Of a DNA stretch of 64,000 nucleotides, positions 1-12,893 are shown piece by piece. The notes beneath the pieces are model-generated. The model did not search any database. It saw nothing but the letters and a program-made list of their open reading frames with translations, and was not told the origin of the DNA. Each line of letters begins with the position of its first letter. The first letter of the stretch is position 1. The position numbers and the translations under genes are program-made. Origin of the DNA: Rhina ancylostomus (lineage: Eukaryota); contig JARFYF010000001.1 in assembly GCA_030265395.1 (NCBI GenBank), positions 46,909,250 through 46,973,249 of the forward strand. Direction: 5' to 3'.

Positions 1-189
1 CAAGCAACTCAGATCTGAATGTCTCAAGACCACCATGTGCACTTCATGTTTGCCAATATCCATTTCTTTAGTGACATCTGGTCAACCATCAAGAAAGCAA
101 AATGATGTAGCTATACTTTCAAGGTAGAAAAGTGGGATAAAACAATTTATACAACTCAAAACTGCAGATAAAAATCCATAATTCCACAC

Positions 190-468
190 CTTTAACAAAC
201 AGTTTTGCAGAGCAGGCATCTGTACCAATATCGTTGCTAACTTGGCAGGTATAACTACCCGCATCAGATATCTTAGCTGAGAGCAATTCCAGAAAATACG
301 TTGAGCCTTCATTCCAAATAGAATATGCCACACCATGCATCAATTCTCTGTCCCCTTTGAACCATTTTGTGGATAATGGTGTGCTTCCTTTCACAACACC
401 CCTAAATTGCACTGTAGAACCAAGTACAACATCCTGCGACATTATTTTATCTATAAAGCTTGGCGGTT
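190..468 (-). CDS. TTN: Titin I-band Ig exon, super-repeat 5 position F
   Basis: 279 nt, AG/GT, phase 1-1; EPPSFIDK..SQDVVLGSTVQF..W..DAGSYTC..KLFVK. Confidence 0.95.
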
Positions 469-723
469 CTAAAAATCAAATTAAAAAAATTTCATTAACA
501 GGTTCATAGATGAACTATAAAAACTGATCAGATTAAAGTTAACATTACAAATTAAATGTGCTAATATATCCACCAGAAGTTTATAGCAGTCTTAGAGAAA
601 GATGGTTGATTCATTTATTTAGGTACTTCACTACTGTATCAAACTACCTACAAAAACTGTTTTGTAAAGAATGTATTTGCATTTGGAACCAAGAAAGACA
701 TGTAGGAAAGCAACCATTCAAAC

Positions 724-1011
724 CTTTTATACTTAACACAGCACTGCAGTCATCCTTTCCGGCTGAATTGGCTACCTTGCAAGTGTAAATTCCACCATCT
801 GAAAAATCTAACTCATTGACTTCTAAAGAGATAGTGTTTTCTTGAAATAGCATCTTGTATTTGTTACTAGCTGATATCTTTTGGTCCTCTTTGTACCAAG
901 TAATGCTCATTGGGATAGAACCGGAAACTTTGCATTCCATTCGCACAAAATACCCTAAAGTACTGCCCACGTCCTTTAGTTTCCTTGTAAACAATGGAGG
1001 AATTATTTGTT
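724..1011 (-). CDS. TTN: Titin Ig exon, super-repeat 5 position E
   Basis: 288 nt; EQIIPPLFTRKLKDVG..MECKVSGSIP..DGGIYTC; donor GTTTGA. Confidence 0.95.
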
Positions 1012-1139
1012 CTGTTCAATATAAAAGGAAAAAAAATGATAAAACACAAATGATGTATTATACTTCTAACTTTGTAATAAGTGATGGCTTTGAATCAAAA
1101 GATATAAAAGAAAAACATCAACACAACTTGCGTACTGAC

Positions 1140-1418
1140 CTATCACGGTCAATGAAATATTACATTTGTTGGCTCCAAACTCATTCTGGACTTCAAAAGT
1201 ATATTCTCCACTGTCATCCATTTCAACAGACAAAATTTTTAGACTGGCCACCTTATTCACAAAACTTAATTTATATCTTCTATTTGATTCTAGCTGCTTT
1301 CCATTTTTGAACCATGCAACATTTAATACTGGTGTTCCAGCTACTGTACATTCCAAAATAGCAGGATTTCCAGAAGTCACTGTGAGTGGCTCAGTTTTTT
1401 CTATGATATTTGCAGGTT
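1140..1418 (-). CDS. TTN: Titin Ig exon, super-repeat 5 position D
   Basis: 279 nt; EPANIIEK..LECTVAGTP..DSGEYTFEVQNEFG. Confidence 0.95.
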
Positions 1419-1952
1419 CTGTGGGAACAATACATTATTTACTTCACAACTGATTCAATATTTATGTCAGAAATGATATTTTATGATAATAAATTTTGTG
1501 GTGAACAGACATCACTGTGGTTTTGTAAGTTAATTGACAGGTTCAAATCTAGATAATACTACTATAATAAATGCTTTCACGACATGCCTGCTGAATATAT
1601 TCCTTGCAAAGAGTTTTGGAAATCTCAGTCCAGCTTGCAGTGCCTCACAAAATAGATGCTGAGGGAAAATGGATAAAATAACAAACCATTATATTGGAAG
1701 TGCTTTTCAAAGGATTTGCCTATGGCTTGTTGGAGATAAGCAGAAGGACCTGTATTCTAAATATTACTAACCAACCCTACAATGGCTGCTCAAGATGGAA
1801 AATGTTTCTATTATCAACCATAACATATATTACTTTAATATTCACAGAATTCATTCAAAAATTTACAATAATTTCACCAATAAAAGTAAATATCCTGAAT
1901 CTGAAATCAATAATTTCTGGGCAAATTTTTCTATTCATAATTTCCTACTAAC

Positions 1953-2231
1953 CCATTACAGCCAGTGTGGCGAAGCACTTTGCTGTTCCCGCATCATTTT
2001 TTGCCTGACAAATATAATTTCCACTGTGATTTTCTTCCGCTTTAATGATCTGTAATGTGGCAGTATTGTTTTCAAAGGAAATCTTAATATTATCATTTTC
2101 TTTGACACGCTTGTCATCTTTTCTCCAGCTTGTAATGATAGGGACTGAGCCTCTTACAAGACATTGAAATACAGCAGAATTTCCAGAAAATACCGTTGCA
2201 TTTTCTATTGTTTGTATGAAGGCTGGTCGCT
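1953..2231 (-). CDS. TTN: Titin Ig exon, super-repeat 5 position C (absent from ORF track)
   Basis: 279 nt, manual translation ERPAFIQTIENATVFSGNSAVFQCLVRGSVPIITSW..HSGNYICQAKNDAGTAKCFATLAVM. Confidence 0.95.
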
Positions 2232-2406
2232 CTGGTTTGAAGTAAAGAAAGTATCCCAGGTTATAACTTACAGTTACACTACCAACATTTAATAATTAAA
2301 AATATTCTGCTTTAAAACATCCAATATTATATAATTCCATGATAATGAAACAAATAATGCACAACATCCAGGTAAGATTACTTATTTGAATTAGAATTTA
2401 ACTGAC

Positions 2407-2685
2407 CTTTCAGATTGACTGTAGAACTGCAGGAACAGCTTCCCACAGCATTCTTTACCATGCACTTGTATTCACCAACATCTGAGCTATCAGACGCTAG
2501 AATGCAAAGGCTGACTAAAAAGTTGTCAGATATCATTTTGTATTTTTTACTTCGTCGTATTTGTTTATCATCCTTATACCACAAAACTTCAAAGGGAGCT
2601 GTTCCAGCCACCTCACATTCAAGCGTAACATCACTGGCTTTAACTACCTCAATCGGTTCAAGTTCCTTTGTGAATGTGGGAGGTT
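2407..2685 (-). CDS. TTN: Titin Ig exon, super-repeat 5 position B
   Basis: 279 nt; LECEVAGTAPFEVLWYKDDKQIRRSKKY..DVGEYKC. Confidence 0.95.
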
Positions 2686-2884
2686 CTGAAGAGTAAACAT
2701 GATATCATGACTTACAAATCATAGGCCACTAAATTTGCACAATGTCTCTCATAAAAAGCCACTCTCAGCAAAAATCTTCACTTTATCAGCAGGAAGCATC
2801 GATAATTGCAAATTGAGACCCTAAGATATATAAATGACCCAAATAGCAGCTTAAAGATCCTGCGAGCAGCATGCCCACTGTAAC

Positions 2885-3680
2885 TGCACATGGATAAATT
2901 CCATAATTTAATCCTGGTATGTGCGAGGTGATACACTTTGGGAGGACTAATAATTGTAGGACACACACAATGAACAACAGGGGCTTAAGGAGCATTGAAA
3001 ATGGAGAGATGTCAATGTACAAATCTAAGGATCCTGACGTGGCAGTACATGTGGATAAGCTGGTGAAGAAGGCATATAGGATACTTACTTGCATTAGCCA
3101 AGGCATGTAATATAAGAGCATGGAGGTTATGATAGAACTTCATAAACTATTCGTTAGGCTACAGCTGGAGTACTATGTACAGCTCTGGTTGCTCCACTGT
3201 CCAAAGGATGTGGTTGTACTGGAAGTGATGCAGAAGAGGTTCACCAGGATGTTGTTTGGATGGAGTATATCAGTTGAGAGGAAAGATTGGATAGGCTGAG
3301 TTTGTTTTGCTTGGAGCATAAGAGGCTGAGGGGAAGGCCCGTTAAAGATATACAAAGTTATGATGGGTATTGATAGTGGTGGATTGTAGGAAACTTTTCT
3401 CATAGCAGAGGTATCTAAAACCAGAGGGCATAGGTTTAGGGTAAGGGATAAGACATTTCGAGAGGATCTGAGGAAGGACTTTTTCATCCAGTGAGAGTGG
3501 ATGGAATCTGGAACACACTGGCTAAGTGGGTAATGGAGGCAGATAGTCTCATTGTAATCAGTATCAAGAAAGCTAAGGACCAACTGCTGTTAAATGGGAT
3601 TAGTGGAAATAGATGCTTGATGCTTGACATGGTCATGACAGGCTGAAGGGCCTGTTTTGTGCTTCATGGTTCTATGACTC
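2885..3680 (+). mobile_element. CR1-like LINE 3' fragment, decayed
   Basis: CEVIHFGRTN and VDKLVKKAY motifs, CR1-type ORF2 C-terminus and 3' tail ctgaagggcctgttt..ttctatgactc. Confidence 0.85.
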
Positions 3681-4037
3681 ATACTGGGACCAGAAGAAGG
3701 GGAACTCCTGGCCTTGTAAAGAAACTTTGGGCTTCAAGATCTTTGGATATGATACCCATAGTTATCAAAATATGCTGAGGCCTCCAACAAGGAAGTCCGG
3801 TCTGCTTCAGTAGAAAAATCAAGTCACTGAAAAATGTTTATATTTTATTTTATGGACTAGTCAGAGTCAGAAGGCAAGTAGCAATTAGATGGTAAATATA
3901 TTGGCCAATTAAAAATGTACAAGAATCAGCTCCTTATAACAAAGCCCTCATTATTCCTTAATTAAACATCAGTTGCAACATGACTGGAAAAGCTGATGGA
4001 CTCATGATGTAAAATGGAACAGAGAATTTTTGCACAC

Positions 4038-4319
4038 CTTTAACTGTAACTGTAATGTCACAAGTTTCACTGCCAGCTTCATTCTGGGCTTTACAGGTAT
4101 AATTCCCGCTGTCATTCAGGCTTACATCAGCAATCTCCAAGAATGCCACAGAATCAATAAATGACATTTTATATTTTTCATTGACACTAATTTCATGATG
4201 ATTCTTGAACCAAGTTACTTTAATTTCTGGTGTGCCGGTTACTTTACACTCAAAACTTGCTGTCTCTCCTTGTTTAAATATTGCTGTTGGTTCTAACTTC
4301 TTAATAAAATATGGAGGCT
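4038..4319 (-). CDS. TTN: Titin Ig exon, super-repeat 5 position A
   Basis: 282 nt; EPPYFIKKLEP..FECKVTGTPEIKVTW..DSGNYTC. Confidence 0.95.
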
Positions 4320-4399
4320 CTGTAGAAAACAACATTGTAAATTTAACTATACATACAGTACAAAAGTCCAAAATGTTTCCATTCACATAAAGAATAAAT

Positions 4400-4602
4400 A
4401 GGTGCATGGAATGCGCTGCCTGGGGTGGTGGGGGAGGCAGATACGTTGGACAGGTTCAAGAGGTTGTTGGATAGGCATATGGAGGAGTGTGGGATAGAGG
4501 GATATGCGGGAGGAAAGGGTTAGATGGTGTGAGGTGTGGTTTGATGGGCGGCACAACTTGGTGGGCCAAAGGGCCTGTATTGTGCTGTATTGTTCTATGG
4601 TT
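4400..4602 (+). mobile_element. CR1-like LINE 3' end, short
   Basis: tggaatgcgctgcctggggtggtg..gggcctgtattgtgctgtattgttctatg; near-identical to 18844-18928. Confidence 0.8.
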
Positions 4603-4781
4603 AAGACACATGGAACATACAAGAAGAATGAAGGAAGACAACACAGTGCACAAAATTAACATTAAGAATAACAGAGAAAATTATGTAGCAATCAAAGAAA
4701 GACTCCTGCACACAAATGTAAATAGACGGCACTTTTAAAACCATTCCACAACAATTAAACAAATACAGATAAATTGCACAC

Positions 4782-5060
4782 CTTTGATAAAGAGTCTTGC
4801 CACACAAGTGGCACTGCCAACTTTGTTGCTGACTTCACAAATATAGTCACCCGAATCAGAAACTTTGGCCGAAAACAACTCAAGTAAACTTGTTGAGCTT
4901 TCATTTAAAATGAAATAATCAGCTCCAGACATCAGTTCCCTGCCATCCTTCAGCCATTTTATAGTTAGTGGAGCAGTTCCTTTCACAACACTTCTAAACT
5001 GCACTGTTGAACCAGGTAAGCTTTCCTGCGCTACAGGTTTTTCTACAAAACTTGGTGGCT
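4782..5060 (-). CDS. TTN: Titin Ig exon, super-repeat 4 position F
   Basis: 279 nt; QFRSVVKGTAPLTIKW..DSGDYIC..RLFIK. Confidence 0.95.
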
Positions 5061-5272
5061 CTGAAAATCAGGTGAAAAATAAAATCATTGGATTCCAATC
5101 AGTACATTGTATGTCAAGAAAAATAAAATGTCAGAATTAAAATAAGAAATTACAATAAATTGCAATCAAATTTCAACCTGCCTTCAGGTAAGATGCAAAA
5201 ATCAAAAAGTTAAGAACAGTATTAATATCATAAAGATATAAAGTGAACTGAAAGCAAATTCAACTTTCAAAC

Positions 5273-5560
5273 CTGTTACACTTAAGAAACCACTGCTTTC
5301 ATCACTTCCCACTGAATTGGTTGCTTTGCAAATATAAGTTCCACGATCTGAAATCTCTAGTTGATTCACTTCCAAATTTGTTGTGTTATCTTGAGATAAT
5401 ATTTTGTATTTCTCACTAGTCATTATTAATATGCCATCTTTACACCATGAGAAGCTCATTGGAAGAGAACCAGAAGCTCTGCATTCCATCTGTATGGATG
5501 ATCCTAAAACACTGTCCATTTTCCGTAATTTTCGTGTAAACACTGGAGGAATTAGTTGAT
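5273..5560 (-). CDS. TTN: Titin Ig exon, super-repeat 4 position E
   Basis: 288 nt; DQLIPPVFTRKLRKMDSVLG..DRGTYIC. Confidence 0.95.
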
Positions 5561-6741
5561 CTGTCCAAGATACCAAAAGCACAGTTGATCAACTCAAACA
5601 GTAAATGCCTTAAATGAATCAAATTCATTGTATTTTTTGTTCCCAGCAAGAAATTCTGTGTTTTGTAGGATATACCTTCAGTGAATATTCAGAAATACAA
5701 TTAAAAAGTCCTGATATCACTGTTAGGCATTGTCCCACTATTATGGAACACAGAATTTGCAATCATCAGTGACCATCCTCATTGCTAACTGCTGTGCAAA
5801 ACTTCATTGCAGCTCCCACACGAGGAGTCAGCTCATTCCTTCATAGCAACATTCTCAATGACAGCAAGGCTACAGTGACGTAATGGTATTATATGGGGGA
5901 ATAAAAATCCTTACCCACTGAATATCCTGAAAAAAATTGACAACTGGCTTACCAAGTGCTATCTGTTGTAGGACACTCTGAGATTTTCTGAATGATTCTT
6001 AAATACAGAAACAATCAGATATATTCAAAAACTATTAAAAAGCAATTCAAAGTTTTAAATTATTAAATATTTTTAAATGTTTAAAAGTTTCTTTAAGTTT
6101 AAAGAATGAATATGCCTTAAATACTCAAAATTATTTTAACACATTCAAACAATTATCTAAAATTTGAACTAACTTTTACTGACCTCAGTCCTTGGGAATA
6201 TTTTCCTTTCAATGAATTCAATGGAGAAACACTCTCTGTGTCTCCAGGCACCTGGTCCAGATATCCAACACTAAAGAATATGCTGAAATTGCTGACCCCG
6301 ACATGAAGACTTGCATGGGAAACTTTGTGTGGAAATCACAAAGTTGCTAATAGTTACACAGGGAAAAGTTGGCAATTATAAAGAGAATTGCCAGTATTTC
6401 CCTGCAGAATCAGGTTATTATAAAAACCATGGGAAGCAATATACCAGCATCATTATGAAAACAAAATAGACTGCAGATGCTGGAATCTGGAGCATCCTTG
6501 TGTATTGCCTGGGAGTACCCAGCTAAGAAGCTCAGGCCTAATCAATGCTTGAATGGGAGACCATCTGAAAATACAGTAGCCTTGCTGCCTGGAGAAACAT
6601 AAAAACTCAACCAGCATATTGAATTTGGAAAGGATCTTAATCATATTACATATGCAAAAAACCCTACAGCCCTTATACTTGCTGATGGTCAACGTAAACA
6701 CAATTTCATAATCAAATTCAAATTGCAAGTTAAACACTAAC

Positions 6742-7020
6742 CTAATACTGTCAATGAAGCTTTACAGCTGCTGGTTCCAAATTGATTCTTGACTTCAAAA
6801 GTATATTCACCAGTGTCATCATTAGAAACAGAAGAAATCTTTAGGCTGGCCACATTACGCTCAAAGCTGATTCTGTGTTTTCTGCTAGATACCATTTCAT
6901 TACCATCCTTAAAACATTTAACTATTAGTTCTGGTGTACCAGTTACAGTACATTCCAGATTTGCTGTATTTCCTGCTGTCACTCTGAGCGACTGTGCTTG
7001 TTCTGTGATTTTTGCTGGTT
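6742..7020 (-). CDS. TTN: Titin Ig exon, super-repeat 4 position D
   Basis: 279 nt; EPAKITE..LECTVTGTPELIVKCFK (strand-C Trp replaced by Cys)..DTGEYTF. Confidence 0.93.
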
Positions 7021-7141
7021 CTACGAGGAAAAAGAAATCTCTTCAATACATTACTTGCATTAATCTCATTTTCGTTGATAGATGGCAAAAATTCTGAATC
7101 CACTACTAATTAAAATGGAGGCTAACCAATATCCCACTGAC

Positions 7142-7420
7142 CTGCTACCAACAATGTGGCAAAACACTTCTCAGTTCCTGCATCATTCTTGACCTGGCAC
7201 GTATACTTTCCAGCATGATTTTCTCCAACAGCATTTATTTGAAGTGTAGCAATATTATTCTCAAAAGACAAAGCAATATTACCGTCTTCTTGGATAACAT
7301 CTTTATCTTTCATCCAAGTTACGTAAATAGGCTTTGAACCTTTTACTTGACATTGGAATACAACTGAATTATCTGACATTATGGTTATATTTTCAATCTT
7401 CTTTATAAATCTTGGTGGTT
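7142..7420 (-). CDS. TTN: Titin Ig exon, super-repeat 4 position C
   Basis: 279 nt; FQCQVKGSKPIYVTW..HAGKYTC. Confidence 0.95.
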
Positions 7421-7578
7421 CTGATTTAAAACAAATGGTTATACAAACATGAATTTTAATTTTAACTTATTATTATGTTGAAATGTTTTAATCTAAAAGG
7501 CAGAATTGTATCATAAATAATTGAGCATTGTCCCAATTAGCAGAAGCCAAATATGTTCCCACAAACACAAGGACTGAC

Positions 7579-7857
7579 CTTTCAAACTGACCGTAGAACT
7601 GCATGAACAACTTCCCACATCATTCTTTACAGTACACTTGTATTCACCAACATCTGAGGTATCGGATGTTAAAATGCAAAGACTGGCTAACACATTGTCA
7701 AAAGTCATTTTATACTTTTTGCTGCGTCGAATTTGTTTATTGTCCTTATACCACAAAACTTCAAATGGAGCTGTACCAGTCACCTCACATTCAAGAGTAA
7801 TATCACTAGTTTTAATTATCTCAACAGGTTCGAGTTTCTTTGTAAATGAGGGAGGTT
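7579..7857 (-). CDS. TTN: Titin Ig exon, super-repeat 4 position B
   Basis: 279 nt; EPPSFTKKLEPVEII..LECEVTGTAPFEVLW. Confidence 0.95.
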
Positions 7858-7943
7858 CTGAAGAGTAAAACATAACAATGTGGCTTAGAAAACAATCATA
7901 CGTCAAAGAGTTCAATGTCTCTTTAAGGCACTGTTTAACACAC

Positions 7944-8225
7944 CTTTAACCTGAATCACAAAGTTGCAGCTGTTAACACCAGCATCATTCTGGGCTTCGC
8001 AGGAATAATCCCCACTATCTTCCACCTTTATATCAGCAATCTCAAGAACAGCCAACGAGTTTTGAAATGATATCTTATTCTTGTCACTGGTTCTAATTTC
8101 TTGATTATTTCTATACCATGTTACTGTGATTTCAGGTGTACCAGTAATTTTGCACTCAAAACGTGCAAATTCTCCTTGTTTCAGTGCTGATGAAGAAGGT
8201 GGCTTCATAACAAAACTTGGAGGCT
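7944..8225 (-). CDS. TTN: Titin Ig exon, super-repeat 4 position A
   Basis: 282 nt; FECKITGTPEITVTW..DSGDYSC. Confidence 0.95.
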
Positions 8226-8438
8226 CTGAGAAATGAAATGTAGTAAACTTGAATATTGGAATTACAAAGTCAAATTAGACACATTAGACACAGTAAATAA
8301 AGTAGACAAAGGACAAGGAATCACCTTCTGGTAAGAGTTACTCTTATGCGAGTTTAAGAAAGCAAAGTAAGATTTTTTACAATGTTAAAAATGATACACA
8401 AAATTAAATTACTATTGAGATTAACAAAAAATGCAAAC

Positions 8439-8717
8439 CTTTGACGAACACATTTGCAGTACTAATAACTGAACCAGCTTCATTGGTGAGTTGACAGTTG
8501 TAAACACCAGCATCAGAAATCTTGGTTGAAATTATCTCAAGGAAGTGTGTTGTTTCTTCATTCCAAATGGAACATCTTGTGCCAGGTTTCAACTCCCTAT
8601 TATCCTTCATCCACTTGACAAATAGTGGAAGAGTTCCTTTCACAATGCTTTTAAACTGTAGCGTAGAACCAAGCACAATCTCTTGGGACGTTGGTTTTTC
8701 TATAAAGTTCGGTGGTT
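8439..8717 (-). CDS. TTN: Titin Ig exon, super-repeat 3 position F
   Basis: 279 nt; QFKSIVKGTLPLFVKW..DAGVYNC. Confidence 0.95.
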
Positions 8718-9446
8718 CTAAAAGTCATTTGAGAAAAAAAAATTGTTTAGTATTTTCAGCAGAGGTAAAAATACTGAAACTTCTAGAATTACTTGTACTA
8801 CTCCAGCACTTTGTTACTGAAATAGATAATGTCAAAATATTTTAGAAAGTTGAAGTATGTATAGTTTATCTACATTGTTACAGAAAGTGAAGAAACAAAC
8901 AATATTGGGTGAGATTTTGCTGATATAGTTGCCCCCCCCTCCCCCACCTAGGTTTCCCTGCATATCCACTGGCATGGTCTAGAGGATAACCTACAATGAT
9001 GCTTCAACGGGCAGTAAAGCCCAGTCTGCAGCTCCGCCAGTTGTAAAAGCTCTGAATGATTTTTAATAGCTTTTAGCTGTTTCTAGAAACATTTAAAAAC
9101 AAGTAGATTTTAAAAATATATTAAAATTAAAAGATTTGGGTGATAAATTAAAGGCATTAAGCTAAAATTAAATAATCAAGCAACTTAGCCCATTTGCCTT
9201 CTAATCCAAAGCCTTACAAAGCCCTTTGAAATTAATGGAGTTCAGACCTTATGTTCAGTCCAACCTCGTATGGAGTCCATGGTCAGAGTGACCATCACAT
9301 TTGGACTTACCACCATTTAAAAAGCTAAATGCCAGTGATTCTGGAACTTCTGCTATTAGCCAGCATGATTCAGCCCATTTTAACCAGAAAATCAGCATCG
9401 GATGTATCTTAAAATAGAAGAGGATTGAAAAAGTGTATCTTCAAAC

Positions 9447-9734
9447 CTTTTACGGTTAGGAATCCACTGCATTTACTACTCCCAGCAGCATTTGTTGCTT
9501 TGCAAGTGTAATTTCCACCATCTGTGATTTCAAGTTCGTTAATCTCCAAAAATGCAGTATTTTCTTCAAATGACATTTTGTATTTGTGATTTGCCATTAT
9601 TTCTATATCATCTTTATACCAAGAAATGCTGATTGGAAGCGAACCAGATACTTTGCACTCCATGTGCATCAAAGATCCCAATATATTATCCATTTTCTTT
9701 AAACTTTTTATGAAAGATGGAGCAATTATTCGAT
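9447..9734 (-). CDS. TTN: Titin Ig exon, super-repeat 3 position E
   Basis: 288 nt; DRIIAPSF..MECKVSGSLPISISW..DGGNYTC. Confidence 0.95.
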
Positions 9735-10214
9735 CTATACAACACAGAACAACAAAGAAAGCTTATCAGCTGAAACACCTAGTGTAAGATTTTTACTCAT
9801 CCTCCCCATCAGAAACATGATTGTAATGGAATTAAAATGTAAGAGGTAGGAGTGCTGCCATTTTCTACTTCTATTGCAAACTAGAAGATCTGTTTCTTAA
9901 TGTAATGTAAATTCTGATCTTATGATATATTAGCACCTCAATATAATACTATGGACTATTCAGCAGGAGATGCAGTAAATATGCTCCATTCCATAACATC
10001 TGGATGATGAGGCATAATCATGAAAGTACTGACAATCCAGTTTATAACCAATTGCATATATTTAGAAGACAATATAAGTTGAATATATAATGTTGAGTTC
10101 AGACCATTTAAAATATAATCTGCTCAGTCTATGTTATAATTATATTATACCCTTTCAGCTACTGTTTTAATACGTACTATCAATGGTTTCAATACATTAA
10201 AAAAAATCACCAAC

Positions 10215-10493
10215 CTAGTACTGTCAATGAAGTTGTGCAGCTGCTGTGTCCAAACTCATTCTGTACTTCAAAAGCATATTCCCCACTATCATCCTTATCA
10301 ACAGATTGTATCTTTAGGACTGCCACCTTATTCACAAATGTCACTTTATATTTTCTGCTGGATGTCAATTCATCTTGATTCTTGAACCATCTAACTTTCA
10401 GTTCTGGAGTACCAGCAACAACACATTCCAAGATTGCCATTGTTCCTGAAGTTACACTTAAGGGCTCTGGTTTCTCTATGACTTGTGCAGGTT
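10215..10493 (-). CDS. TTN: Titin Ig exon, super-repeat 3 position D
   Basis: 279 nt; LECVVAGTPELKVRW..DSGEYAF. Confidence 0.95.
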
Positions 10494-10604
10494 CTGCAAG
10501 GAAAACCGTACTTTCTCAAGTGATGAAGTTAAAAAAGTAGTGTTTTACCTCTTACTACTTGACACATTACTAAAATTCACTAAGGTCAAGTGTATTATAC
10601 CAAC

Positions 10605-10883
10605 CTGTTACTGCCAAGGTTGCAAAACACTTGTCAGTTCCTGCCTCATTCCCAGCTTGACATGTGTACTTCCCACTGTGATTTGATTCTACAGAAGCAA
10701 TGTGCAGTACAGCAATACCGTTCTCAAAAGATATCTTAATATTGTCATCTTCTCTGACTTCTTCTTTGTCTTTCATCCATGTGACAAATATGGGAGTTGA
10801 GCCTTCTATTTGGCTGTTAAAAGTGGCTGAATTTCCAGATAATGTTGTAACATTTTCAATCCTTTTCACAAAGGAAGGTGGTT
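10605..10883 (-). CDS. TTN: Titin Ig exon, super-repeat 3 position C
   Basis: 279 nt; KRIENVTTLSG..HSGKYTC. Confidence 0.95.
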
Positions 10884-11018
10884 CTGATTTAGAGTTAAGA
10901 ATTGCATGAGTTAGAGATAAGAATCAGGCTCTCAGTCATGAAACCTAGTAAGAATGAAATCCAAAACGTGATTATTGAAAATATAAAAAAAGAAAATGGC
11001 TGGCATTTGGTAACTGAC

Positions 11019-11297
11019 CTTTTAATCTGACTACAGCTGCACAAGAACAAGTTCCCACATCATTTGTTACTTCACACTGGTATTCACCAGCATCTGAAAT
11101 ATCAACGTTCTGAATAAAAAGACTAGCTAAGGATTTTCCAGTCGTCATCTTGAATTTAATACTTGGTTGAATCTGCTTATTGTCCTTATACCAAGTGACA
11201 TCAAATGGACTTGAACCAGCAATTTCGCATTCAAGACTGATATCATTTCCTTTCACCATCTCAATAGGTTCCAGTTTCTTGCTAAAAGAAGGAGGTT
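11019..11297 (-). CDS. TTN: Titin Ig exon, super-repeat 3 position B
   Basis: 279 nt; LECEIAGSSPFDVTW..DAGEYQC. Confidence 0.95.
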
Positions 11298-11383
11298 CTT
11301 TAAAAAAAAGGAAGAAAAAGAATTAAGATATCCAAGCAGAAAAGAAATGTCACTGAAAAATAAGTTTTCAAAATTTCTTCATT

Positions 11384-12590
11384 AAAATCTATTAGAGTTT
11401 TTTGAAGAAGTAGCCAAGAGGATTGATGAGGGCAGGGTGGTGGATATTGTCTATATGGACATTAGCAAGGCCTTTGACCAGGTCCCACATGGAAGGCTGG
11501 TATGGAAGGTTAAATCACATGAGATCCAGGGAGAGCTAGCTAAGTGGATACATAATTGACTTGATGTTAGGAAGCAGAGGGTGATAGTAGGAGTTGTTTC
11601 TCAAACTAAAGGCCTATGAGTAGTAGTGTGCCACAGGGATTTGTGCTGGGCCCATTGTTGTTCATCATTTATATAAATGATTTGGATGAAAATGTACATG
11701 GCATGGTCAGTAAGTTTGCAGATGATATTAAAGTAGGTGGCACCATTGGCAGTGAAGGTTATCAAAAATTACAAAGGGATCTTGATCAGCTAGTTAAGTG
11801 AGCCAAGGAATAGCAAATGACGTTCCATCCAGATAAATGCGAGGTATTTTCGGAAGTCAAACCCCGGTAGCACTTTCACAGTGAATGGTAGGACCCTGAA
11901 AAGTGTTATAGAGCAAAGGGACCTAGGAGTACAAGTACATTGTTCCCCGAAAGTGGCATCACAGGTAGACTGGATTGTTAAGAAAGCATTTCACATGCTG
12001 TCCTTCCTCAGTCAGGGCAGTTGAGACAGTAGTTGGGACATTATTTTGCAACTGAACAAAACATTAGTGAGGCTGCACCTGGAGTATTGTGTACAGTTTT
12101 GATTATCCTGTTATAGGAAAGACGTCACTAAGCTGTAAAGACTGAAAAGAAGATTTATGAGAATACTGCCAAGAATCAAGGGCCTGAGTTATAGGGAGAG
12201 ACTGGCAGGGTAGGACCTTATTCCTTGGAGTGTAAGGAACTGAGGGGGTGATCTTATAGACTTGTGTAAAATCATAAGAGGTGCAGACAGTGTGAATGCA
12301 CACAATCTTTTTCCCAGTGAAAGTGAATCAAAAACTAGAGGGCATAGGTTTAAGGTGCAAGGTGAAAGGTCTGAAAGGGAACTGAGGGGCAACTTCTTCA
12401 CACAGAGGGTGGTGTGTATATGGAACAAGCTGCTAGAGGAAGTGGTTGAGGCAGGTACAATAACAACACTTATAAGACACATGGACAGCTACATGGATAG
12501 GAAAGGTTAAGAGGGATATGGGCATCTTGATTGACGTGGACAAGTTGAGTCAAAGGGCCATTTTTCTTGCTGTATTACTCTATAACTCTA
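11384..12590 (+). mobile_element. CR1 LINE, 5'-truncated, RT domain to 3' end, with stops and frameshifts
   Basis: NLLEFFEEV..VDIVYMDISKAFDQVPH; VPQGFVLGPLLFIIYINDLD..SKFADD; TRGHRFK..FFTQRVV.IWN. Confidence 0.93.
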
Positions 12591-12611
12591 TTATATCTTA
12601 TGGTCACACAC

Positions 12612-12893
12612 CTTTAACAGTAATTGTAACAATGCAGTTGTCAAAGCCAGCTTCATTCTCTGCTCTGCAAGTGTAATGTCCACTGTCTTCCACATTGACA
12701 TTAATAAGTTCAAGGACTGATTTTGAATCAACAAATGACATCCTGAATTTTTCACTTGGGAGAATTTCACTTTCTTGCTTGTACCAGGTTACTTTGATCT
12801 CAGGTGTTCCAGCTACAGTGCATTCAATAGATGTTGAGCTTCCTTTTTTCAATAATGTTATACGATCTGGCTTCTGAATGAAGTTTGGAGGCT
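12612..12893 (-). CDS. TTN: Titin Ig exon, super-repeat 3 position A
   Basis: 282 nt; EPPNFIQKPD..IECTVAGTPEIKVTW..DSGHYTC. Confidence 0.95.
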
